DNA from: the human T2T-CHM13v2.0 reference genome, Homo sapiens
NCBI RefSeq assembly: GCF_009914755.1
Contig: NC_060929.1
Length of the DNA stretch: 64,000 bases
Direction: 5' to 3' (one strand)
Position 1 is the first letter of the stretch. Each line of letters begins with the position of its first letter. Positions 53,308 to 64,000 of the stretch are shown here, piece by piece. A program made the translations under genes and the position numbers. The notes beneath the pieces are model-generated. The model did no database searches. It was not told where the DNA came from and saw only the letters and a program-made list of their open reading frames with translations.

Positions 53308-54740
53308 TTATAAATATAATCTTGTTTGCTCAACTATATTATACATTCCTTTGAAAATGCCCCACAAAATTCTGTGCAAATTATATTCAATAAATATCTG
53401 TTCAACAATTATGTAGTTGATTTAAAGGACAAATCCAAAACTATATCCAGGAAGATGAGATGTTTTCCAAGAAAAAAACAAAGTAAGTGTATATCTAATT
53501 ATGGAACCAACTAATGGAAACAAAGAAATTATTTCCTTTTCAGAGCAATGAACTCTAGAGACTCACTTATAAAAACAGGGTTAAAAAAAAAACCAAGCAA
53601 AAAGCACCTTTACAAGCATGAAGCTTAACTGAAATACCACTTATTCAAACTACAGAAACTTTAAAATGAAATGTCATTATATCTAGAAATAATTTTAAAT
53701 ATAAAATATCCAGAAACTCATTCATGAACAGGCCAATGGAAAAATGCATTTTCAAAACACTTAAAAATATGAGGATTTCATAGGTATTTAAAATCTAAAT
53801 CCTGCAAACATTTATTTGCGGTTCTCTTTCCCATAATTATCATTTCTTTCTTAGAAGGTCTCTGGCTGAGTTCATTTATTCTTGATGGTGGCATTGAATA
53901 AATTGGCACCCAAAACAACAGAGAATTCTAAGCCAAAGGAGAGCAACTTTCAAAAGCAAAGATAACCCTTGATTGATACAGCTCCCTGAAGAGATAGAAC
54001 ACAAAGGAACAGTCCCTGGAATGTATTCTTTTCTATTTCATTGACTTGGGTAAAGATTCTCCTCTCTGATTACTTTTTAATTGGATTATACATTTCTTCT
54101 ATAAAAATTCAAGAAAAGGAAAATTTGTTTGAACAATGAGCATATCTTATATATAGGTTACTATATAATGGAATTCAATGTTGGCAGCCTGATTCTGTGT
54201 GCTTGCTTGTTTGATTGATTGACTAAATATATGGTGTTTGCACTTGTGTGTCACAATATGGTGAAAAGAAATTTAGTTCTTTTTTTCTTTTGCCCTCCCC
54301 TGGAACACTCTCTCCTTTATAGGACCCCTTATGTAGAAAAATAAAAAGAATATGTCTGTTTTTTAAAACCTATGTTTCATTACATTCAAGTAAGGTATTA
54401 AACTGTTCAGAAATCAAATGGCTATTTCAGAAGCAAGTCCAGGTTTTTGGGCAATGATGGAAAAGTAAAGCTGAAACAAATAATTTCCCTTTTCTGGTTG
54501 TTATAGAATGAATAAGAACGACAGAAACAGTAGGGGGCAAAAAACCCATAATTCAATATTAACAACCGTACAATCTCATGCCATAAACCTCAGAAAATGA
54601 TAGCCAAGAAAAGAAACAGAAAATGTTGACAGTGCAGTTTGGATGCTAACTCCAGGCCCATACCAAAGAAGTGTTACTGAGGATTAAGTAGGAAGTGAAA
54701 ATATCTTCAGAATTTTTATTCATAACCCCCACTATCCTAT

Positions 54741-54800
54741 AGACAGACAGACAGACACACACACACACACCACACCACTACCACCACCACTACTACAACC
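54741..54800. repeat. Compound (AGAC)n(AC)n(CCA)n microsatellite
   Basis: Seen directly. Confidence 0.9.
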
Positions 54801-55826
54801 ATACACTGGAGAGAAGAAAGAAGCCAACTGTAGCAGCTAAGGAAAACATCAGAATAAAACCAGCGAGCACAGAGGCAATAGCTTAACAGAGGCAGGGAAG
54901 GTGGCCATGGTAAGCTATTCTTCTACTTTTTCTACCGAAAAAAAAAGAAACATAAGATATATGAACAGCAAAAAATATTATATGGATTTAAAAATAGTAG
55001 AAACCAATTATGTCATGTTAAAAATCTGGTACTTAATATTTCTTTTTTAAATTGGAATTGTCCATTTTTATTTATTTATATATAGAATGGATGTTCTTTA
55101 TATTTACAGTACTCTACAATAAAATACTTCTGTTTTTAGAGTCAAATATCTAGTGTTTTTACTATTTAATTCCCAGCAATAATATGTTTTTATTTTTTAA
55201 TTCCTAGTAGCTATCAAACTATCTGATATGTGGAAAAGATAAATATATTTTCATTTAACAAATGAGCCTAAAATAAATCTTCAGATCTAAAGATGATTAC
55301 CTCATACAAAATAGCACAACCTTTAGGTTTTTATTTGGTAGTTTAAACAAAGTTTTAATTCTCAGTAATATTGTTTGGCTTGGCCATTTTAAGACAAAAG
55401 TTAAGGGCTAGGTCGGAAGCTAAACCCTCTTAGGCATTCACACTGTAATCTCAAGTCTCTGAGGCAACTGCCTCAAGATTCTCAATATAACCACAAACCC
55501 AGATGGTGGGGACCTGAGGAACACTTTTGTAAATAGAAAGGACAAATGAAGCAAGACATATCTCTAGACCTTGCCTTATCTCTCTGTGTAGAAAGACCAT
55601 GTGAATTAATCAGAAACAACAGACTCTTTTCATTATAGTAAAATCATCAAGTAAACGAGCTAAAAATGTTCAGGATCAATTCAGGAAGGAAATTGTATAA
55701 AACAGTTTCTGAATATGTATAAATAACATTAGGTTTTGAAGGGTCTTACAATTTTTCTCTTCATCACAATATTGAGAACTTATTGCTAAATAACCAAAAA
55801 TCTTACCAGTCTTAAGAAGGCAACCA

Positions 55827-56127
55827 GCCGGGCTCGGTGGCTCACGCCTGTAATCCCAGCACTTTGGGAGGCCGAGGCGGGCAGATCACGAGGTCAGGAG
55901 ATTGAGACCAGCCTGGCTAACACAGTGAAACCCCGCCTCTACTAAAAATACCAAACAAAAAACAAAAAAATTAGCCGGGGCGAGGCGGCGGGCGCCTGTA
56001 GTCCCAGCTGCTCTGGAGGCTGAGGCGTGAACCCGGGAGGCGGAGCTTGCAGTGAGCTGAGATCGCACCACTGCACTCCAGCCTTGCGGGGGCGGCAGAG
56101 CGAGACTCCGACACAAAAAAAAAAAAA
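55827..56127 (+). mobile_element. AluY with indels
   Basis: CpG-rich, Y diagnostics 'gcggagcttgcagtgag'; perfect TSD aagaaggcaacca at 55814-55826 and 56128-56140. Confidence 0.95.
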
Positions 56128-57240
56128 AAGAAGGCAACCATAACTTTTAAATGTAGCCTACATTAACATTCTTACCATGACTGTTCAAATGTATAATTTT
56201 TATAACGTTGCCCTCTAATTTATAATTATCAGAAATGTATTATTTGAGTGATTTTAAAATATACTGCAATTGCACGTGACCAATCGCATGCTTGAATAGC
56301 TAGTAACATTTAATATATATTTATGATATATGTACCTCAATAAGAAAATTCTAAGTAACCATGAATTGAAAACATTTATAAGAATCTTTGGATAAATCAA
56401 AATATTAGAGTGAAGAAGTAAACATTATCTTCAGAAATATGCTATTATCCATCCTATAATTCCATAGGTTTAAAGCAGATGTTGTTCTCTAATAATTTAC
56501 GATATAAAAATAGAAGTCAAAGATGTTGTAGGAGATAAAGAGGAAAAAGTAAATCAGTTTCATGTGTGTGTATGCACATATATATCCACATATATATACA
56601 CACACACATAGAAATATATCTGTACATATTAATGTTCATATATACATATACCACTAAATGAATGAGTAAGATGGTACTATTGAGGTTTGTTGTTTATCAG
56701 TATGGGAAAGATGTAAAATGAAAGAGTTCTGTCATATAATCTCTAATATTTCTGTAATATCAATGCCTAACACAGTTTTGAAATGCACACATTAAAGGAT
56801 ATTAAGTGAAAAAAAGTATTTATTAGATCAAGACATTCTGCTTCTCAAATCATAAAAATTATATCCTTTCTACATGAGTTTCTATTGCATGGCCTACTAA
56901 AATTTCTTCCTATCATATAATTAATTAATGCTCTGCTTAATGTTATGCTGGGCTATTCTTCAGTGTGCTATCCTAGGTAGATTTTGGTTATGACTCTATT
57001 GATATGTACATTTTGTAGCAACAGCCTCCCACTTGAACTTTTGCCTCAGTTCTCCTACTAATCCGCATACCCACTGTTCTACCACCTGCTGTATACAAAC
57101 AGGAGAGCATAATTTAGTACTCAGGTAGATTCATTCTTGCTTATGTAATAAAGGCCAAACTCCTTATTATGGCATCAAGGCCCTTTACATTGCAGCACCT
57201 ATTTTTTTTTTAACTTATTCCCTCCACTGAAAAACCTTGT

Positions 57241-57279
<39 letters not shown>

Positions 57280-57280
57280 C
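57241..57280. repeat. (CA)n microsatellite
   Basis: Seen directly. Confidence 0.95.
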
Positions 57281-57400
57281 TATCACAATCATATACAGAC
57301 ACTATATAATCTGTGTTCTTTTCACTTGGAACTACCCAGTGTTACCTCAGTGCATCACCTTCTTGCCCTCCTCTAAGGCTTGTGGAAATACCCTTTCTAC

Positions 57401-57612
57401 ACCCATCAACCCATCACCTACATTAGGTATTTCTCCTAATGCTATCTCTCTCCTAGCCCCCCACCCCCCAACAGGCCCTGGTGTGTGAACCACCACAGCA
57501 CGTGTATACCTATGTAACAAAACTGCACGTTCCACACAAGTACCCCAGAACTTAAAGTACAATAATAAAAAAAGTATGTCTAATAGGGAATAAAAGTTAA
57601 TATTACAAAAAA
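57401..57612 (+). mobile_element. Short L1PA (about PA7-8) with 5' inversion and extra 3' sequence
   Basis: Antisense 3'UTR 57401-57487, sense 57488-57573; TSD gaaatacc(c/a)tttctac at 57385-57400 and 57613-57628. Confidence 0.9.
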
Positions 57613-58284
57613 GAAATACCATTTCTACCCTTCTCCTTCTAGAGAACTTCTACTCATCCCTCAAGTTATCAACCCAAAAATGCTTCTTTAATGCTGTTTT
57701 CTAGCTTCCCAGCCTAAAATCATTCCTCTTCCCACTAGATATCTAAAGAACATTCTTTCACTGAACACTGAATAAGACAATTTCTGCACTCAAACGCATA
57801 AACACTAATTGTAAGAATAAAGAAGGAATTAAAGAAAGCACTTATCCCCTTACATGGTAATTGTTTATTTATCTTGAGCACTACTGGGTTCCAGACACTG
57901 TGCATGGCACTAGAATTTCAAAACTGAACAATACAGGCTCTGCCTGAAACACAAATACCAACTGTTAAGAATCTTGAATCAATCAAACAAGATCTATCAC
58001 TCTGTAATTTTTAACTATTTGTTTGCTGTTCTTTCTAATCTAAACCATAAAAGAAAGCAGAGAAAACTTATTTATATTTGTAACTCCAGAACTTAGTACA
58101 ACATCAGTTACATGGTAGATATGGAAATATATTTTGAATTAATAGCTAAGAAAACAAATTAATGAAAAACATCTAAAAGAAAACAAAAGAAATATACAAA
58201 ACATAGCCTAGTGAAAGGAAAAGAATATGTGAAATTGTTATTAATAATAGCATTGTCATAAATAAAATTAAAACTATTAATGAG

Positions 58285-58546
58285 CCATCTGCTTCCAGAC
58301 AAAGTGGAGTACTAAGAACAAGATTTACACTTCCACCAAACAAAAACAAAAATTACAAAATATATAAAGCAATTTTCAGGACACTAAACAGCACATGATA
58401 AAGAACAGTGATCTCTGGTTGATGGAACACAAATGAGGTGACCCTACATTTGCCTCAGCTTTCTGCCGTAATTGAGTTTCTAGGTCATATCACAGAAAGA
58501 GGAACTCAGGTTGAGCCTGGCGGACTTCCTAAGTTAAAAAGATGGA
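58285..58546 (+). mobile_element. Old L1M 5'-end-like fragment
   Basis: 'aacagtgatctctgg...aaatgaggtgaccctac...agaaagaggaactcagg' resembles L1M 5' regions. Confidence 0.45.
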
Positions 58547-59050
58547 GCCATTCTAACTGGTGTGAGATGGTATCTCACTGTGGTTTTGATTTGCATTTCT
58601 CTGATGGCCAGTGATGATGAGCATTTTCTCATGTGTCTTTTGGCTGCATAAATGTCTTCTTTTGAGAAGTGTCTGTTCATATCCTTCGCCCACTTGTTGA
58701 TGGGGTTGATGCCATGTCCTTTGTAGGGACATGGATAAAGCTGGAAACCATCACTCTCAGCAAACTATCACAAGGATAAAAAACCAAACACCGCATGTTC
58801 TCACTCATAGGTGGGAATTGAACAATGAGAACACATGGACACAGGAAGGGGAACATCACACACCAGGGCCTGTTTTGGGGTGGGGGGATGGGGGAGGGAT
58901 AGCATTAGGAGATATACCTAATGCTAAATGACGAGTTAATGGGTGCAGCACACCAACATGGCACATGTATACATATGTAACAAACCTGCACGTTGTGCAC
59001 ATGTACCTTAAAACTTAAAGTATAATTTTAAAAATGCTATATAAAAAAAG
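58547..59050 (+). mobile_element. L1PA (about PA4-5) with 5' inversion
   Basis: Antisense ORF2 piece 58547-58708, 4-nt linker, sense 3' end 58713-59026, then an A-rich tail. Confidence 0.9.
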
Positions 59051-59059
59051 AAATAAAAC

Positions 59060-59384
59060 TAAAATACAAAAATAAAAATGATCAATAAAATGAAAATTTG
59101 TTTTGAAAAATAATATGAACAAACTTCAACCCAACTTTACGAAGAATGAAAAAGAGAAGACCCAAATAAATAAAATCAGAGATGAAAAGGAGACATTACA
59201 AACAATACCACAGAATTCAAAGGATCATTAGCGGCTACTATGAACAACTGTGTGCCAATGAATTGGAAAACCTGGAATAATTTGATAAAAACCTTGACAC
59301 ATTGATTGAACCAGGAAGAAATCCAAAACCTCAATAGACCAATAACTAATAATGAGGTCAAAGCTATAATAAAAAGTCTCCCAG
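59060..59384 (+). mobile_element. L1MA/L1PB ORF2 segment, continuing at 61700-61814
   Basis: 'gagaagacccaaataaataaaatcagagatgaaaaggagacattaca...aaaagtctcccag'. Confidence 0.85.
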
Positions 59385-61699
59385 TGATACGGTTTGGCCC
59401 ATCCAAATCTCCTCTAGAATTGTAGTTCCCATAATCCCCACATGTCATGGGAGGGACCCAGTGGGAGATAATTTAATCATGGTGGCAGTTGCTTTCATGC
59501 TGTTCTCATGACAGTGAGTGAGTTCTCACTAAACCTGATTGTTTTGTAAGGAGCCTTTCCTCATTTTGCTCATTCTTCTCTCTCCTGCCACCATGTAAAA
59601 CAGAATGTGTTTGCTTCCCCTTCTGCCATGACTGTAAGTTTACTGAGGCCTCCCAGCCATGCAAAACTGTGAGTCAATTGAACCTCTTTCCTTTAAAAAC
59701 CGCCCAGTCTTGGGTATGTCCTTATAACAGTGTGAGAACAGACTAATATAGTAAATTGGTACCACAAGAGTGGGGTGCTGCTGTAAAGATACCTGAAAAT
59801 GTAAAAGTGACATTGAAACTAGGTACCAGGCCGAAGTTGGAATGGTTTGGAGGACTCAGAAGAAGACAGGAAAATGTGGGAAAGTTTGGAACTTCCTAGA
59901 GACTTGGAGGGCTCAGAAGACAGGAAGATATGAGAAAGTTTGGAACTTCCTAGAGACTTGTTGAATAGTTTTGACCAAAATGCTGATAGTGATATGGACA
60001 ATGAAATCCAGGCTGAGGTGGTCTCAGATGGAGGTGAGGAACTTGCTGGAAATTGGAGTAAAGGTCACTCTTGCTAGCAAAGAGATTGGTGGCATTTTGC
60101 TCCTGCCCTAGTGATCTGTGGAATGTTGAACTTGAGAGAGATAATTTAGGGTATCTGGTGGAAGAAATTTCTAAGTGGCAAGGCATTCAAAGAAAGCAGA
60201 GCATAAAGATTTGGAAAGTTTGAAGCCTGGTGATGCAATAGAAAAGGAAAACCAATTTTCTGGGAAGAAATTCAAGTCTGCTGCAGAAATTTGCATAAGT
60301 AATGAGAAGCCCTATGTTAATCACCAAGACAATGAGGAAAATACCTCCAGGGCATGTCAGAGACCTTTGCAGCAGCCCCTTATATCACAGGTCTGAAGGC
60401 TTAGGAGAAAGAAATTGTTTCCTGGGGCAGGCCCACGCGCCGTCTGTTGTGTGCAGCCTAGAAACTTGGCACCCTGTGTCCCAGCTGCTCTAGTGGTGGC
60501 TAAAAGGGGCAAAGGTACAGATCAGGCCATCGCTTCAGAGAGTGCATGCCCCAAACCTTGGTAGCTTCCATATGGTGTTGAGCCTATGGGTGCGCAGAAG
60601 ACAAGAATTGAGGTTTGGGAAGCTCCGCCTAGATTTCAGAAAATGTATGGAAATATCCGGATGTCCAGGAAGAAATCAGCTGCAGGAGCAGAACCCTCAT
60701 GGAGAACTTTGCTAGAGCAGTGCAGAAGGGAAATATGGTGTGGGAGCCCCCACAGAGAGTCTCCAGTGGGGCACAGCCTCGTGGAGTTGTGAGAAGAGGG
60801 CCATGATCTTTCAAACCCCAGAATGGTAGATTCACCAACAGCTTATACTGTGTACCTGGAAAAGCCACAGACGCTCAATGCCAGCTCATGAAAGCAGACA
60901 GAGGGGGGTGTTGTACCATGCAAAGCCACAGGTACGGAGCTGCCCAAGGCTGTGGGAGCCCACCTCTTGCATCAGCATGCCCTGGATGTGACACCTGGAG
61001 TCAAAGGAGATCATTTTGGAACTTTAAGTTTTAATGACTGCCCTATTGGATTTCAGACTTGCATGGAGCCTGTAGCCCCTTTGTTTTGGCCAATTTCTCC
61101 CATTTGCAACAGGTGTATTTGCCCAATGTCTATAGCCCCATTGTATCTAGGAAATAACTAACTTGCTTTTAATTTTGAAGGCTCATAAGCAGAAGAGACT
61201 TGCCTTGTCTCAGATGAGACTTTGAACTTGGACTTTTGAGTTAAGGTTGAAATGAGTTAAGACTTTGGGGAACTGCTGGGAAGGCATGATTGTATTTGAA
61301 GTGTGAGGACATGAGATATGAGAGGGATGAGGGACAGAATGATATATTTTGGCTATATGTCCCAAATGTCATCTTGAACTGTAGTTCCCCACGAGTCATG
61401 GGAGGGACCAGGTGGGAGGTAATTTAATCTTGGGAGCAGTTACCCTCAGACTGTTCTCATGGTAGTGAAGGAGTTCCCATGAGATCTAATGGTTTTATAA
61501 GGTGCCTTTCCCCCTTTTGTTCATTCTTCCCTCCCCTGCTGCCATGTAAAGAAGGACATGTTTGCTTCTCCTTTTCCCGTGATTAAGTTTCATGAGGCCT
61601 CCCAACTATGCAAAACTGTGAGTCAATTAAACCTCTTTTCTTTATAAATTTCCCAGTCTTGTATATGTCCTTATAGCAGCATGAGAACAGACTAATACA
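59385..61699 (+). mobile_element. Full-length THE1C-like element (LTRs 59385-59750 and 61340-61699)
   Basis: LTR-int-LTR structure; TSD cccag/ccaag within L1 ORF2. Confidence 0.92.
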
Positions 61700-61814
61700 C
61701 CAAGCAAAAGAAAGCCCAGACTCCAATGGCCTAACTGTTGAATGTTACCAAACATTTAAAGAATAACTACTACAAATCCTGCTGAAACTATTCCAAAAAA
61801 CAGATGATGAGGGA
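61700..61814 (+). mobile_element. L1 ORF2 spacer between the two THE1 elements
   Basis: 'aaagcccagactccaatggcctaactgttgaatgttaccaaacatttaaagaa' continues the L1 interrupted at 59384. Confidence 0.85.
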
Positions 61815-64000
61815 TGATATGGTCTGGTCCTGTGTCCACACCCAAATCTCATCTTGAATTATAACCTGAATTTTAATATCATAATGCAAATTGTAATCCC
61901 CATGTGTCAGGGGAGGGACCTCAAGGGAGGTAATTGAATCATGGAGGTGGTAACCTTTATGCTGTTCTTGTGATACTGAGTGAGTTCTCATGAGATCTGA
62001 TAGTTTTATAAAAGGCTTTTCCCTGTTTGCTTGGCATTTCTCCTTCCTACCATCATGTGAAGAAGAACATGTTTGCTTCCCCTTCCAGCGTGATTGTAAG
62101 TTTCCTGAGGCCTCCCCTCCTGTGGAACTGTGAGTTAATTAAATATCTTTCCTTCATAAATTACCTAATTGAAATATCTCTTCATAGCAGTGTGATAATA
62201 GACTCATACAGTAATTTGGTACCAAGAGTAGTGAGGCTTTCCTGTAAAGATACCTGAAAATGTGGAAGCAACTTTGAAACTGGGTAACAGGCAGAGGTTG
62301 GAATGGTTTGGAGGGCTCAGAAGAAGACAGGAAAATGTGGGCAAGTTTGGAACTTCCTAGAGACTTGGAGGACTCAGAAGACGGAAAGATGTGGGAAGGT
62401 TTGGAACTTCCTAGAGACTTGTTGAATGGTTTTGACTAAAATGATGATAGTGATAGGGACAATGAAATCCAGGCTGAGGTGGTCTCAGATAGAGATGAGG
62501 CACTTCTTGGGAACTTGAATAAAGGCCACTCTTGTTATACAGAAATACTGGTGACATTTGGCTCCTGATCTAGAGATCTGTGGAACTTTGAACTTGAGAG
62601 GTGATTTAGGGTATCTGGTGGAAGAAATTTCTAAGTGGCAAAGCATTCAAAAGGAAGCAGTACATAAAACTTTGAAAACTTTGCAAGCTGATTTTGCAAT
62701 AGAAAAGAAAAACCCATTTTCTGGGGAGAAACTGAAGCCAGTGATAGAAATTTGCATAAGTAATGAAGAGCCCAAAGTTAATCACCAAGACAATGGGAAA
62801 AATGTCTCCAGGGCATGTCAGAGACCTTCTCCACAGACCCTCCCATCACAGGTCCAGAGGCCTAGGAAGGAAAAGTGGTTTTATGGATGGGTTCTAGGGC
62901 CTCCCTGTTGTGTGCAGCCTTAGGACATGGCATCCTGTGTCTCAGATGCTCCAGCTCTAGCCATGTCTAAATGGGGACAACATATAGCTCAGGCCATTGC
63001 TTCAGAGAGTGCAACCCCCAAGCCTTGGAAGTTACATGTGCTGTTGGGTCTGTGGGTGCACATAAGACAAGAATTGAGGTTTGGGTACCTCCTCCTAGAT
63101 TTCAGAGGATGTATGCAAGTGCCTGGATGTCAAGGCAGTAGTCTGCTGCAGGGGCGGAGCCCTCATGAAGAACCTTTTTTAGGGCATTGCAGAAGGGAAG
63201 TGTGGGGTTGCAGTCCTCACACAGTGTCCCCACTGGGGCATTGCCTAGTGGAACTGTGAAGAGAGGGCCACCCTCCTCCAGAACACAGAATGGTAGATTC
63301 ATGGACAGCTTGCATCAGGCACCTATGAATGCCACAGACACTCAATGCTAGTCCATGAAAGTAGTTTGGAGGAGAGCTGTATCCAGAAAAGCCACAGAGG
63401 CAGAGCTGCCCAAGCCCATTGAATCCCACCTCTTGTATCAGTGTGACTTCAATGTGAGACATGGTGTCAAAAGAGGTCATTTCAGAACTTTAAGGTTTAA
63501 TGACTTCCCTGTTGGATTTTGGGTATGCATGGGGCCTGTAGCCCCTTTGTTGTGGATAATTTCTCCCATTTGGAATGGGTGTATTTACCCAGTTCCTGTA
63601 CCCCCACTGAATTCAGAAAGTGACTAACTTGCTTTCAATTTTACAGGCTCATAGGTGGAAGGGACTTGCCTTGTCTCAGATGAAACTATGGTCTTGGACT
63701 TTTGGGTTAATGCTGAAATTAGTTAAGACTTTGGGGAACTGTTGGGAAGGCATAATTGTGTTTTGAAATGTGAGAAAGAGATTTTGGAGGGGCCAGGGGC
63801 AGAATGATATGATCTGGCTCTATGTACCCACCCAAGTCTCATCTTGAATTGTACTCCGAATTGTAATATTGTAATACAGATTTTAATCCCCATGTGTTGG
63901 GGAAGGGACCTCATGGGAAGTAATTGAATCATGGGGGTAGTTACTCTCATGCTGTTCTTGTGATAGTGAGTTCTCATGAGATCTGATGGTTTTGAAAGGA
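61815..64000 (+). mobile_element. THE1D-like element (5' LTR 61815-62210; 3' LTR from 63805, cut by the window edge)
   Basis: LTR-int-LTR structure; 'tgtaatccccatgtgtcagggg' is D-like. Confidence 0.9.

Overview
AT-rich, gene-poor primate (human or great-ape-like) non-coding DNA, either intergenic or deep intronic. I found no credible protein-coding exon, RNA gene, CpG island or CRISPR array. The listed ORFs are short chance frames, mostly inside repeats. The window is a layered transposon landscape: AluY/Sc/J, L1PA and L1M fragments, L2/MIR/CR1, DNA transposons (MADE2, MER94, MER1B, MER47B, MER5) and many ERVL/MaLR LTRs. These include three two-LTR THE1 elements, one carrying a nested HML-5 (LTR22-type) solo LTR and two sitting 115 bp apart in the same L1. 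The best leads are an apparent AmnSINE1 Deu-domain relic (~34.2-34.4 kb), an unexplained diverged ~135-bp repeat pair with a perfect 20-bp core (15.1/17.0 kb), a short L1 with both a 5' inversion and a 3' transduction (57.4 kb), five intact DUX4-type motifs in THE1 LTRs, and several template-switch hairpins and duplications. Family and subfamily names come from my recollection of consensus sequences, not from a RepeatMasker run. I cannot support a claim of a new biological system here.
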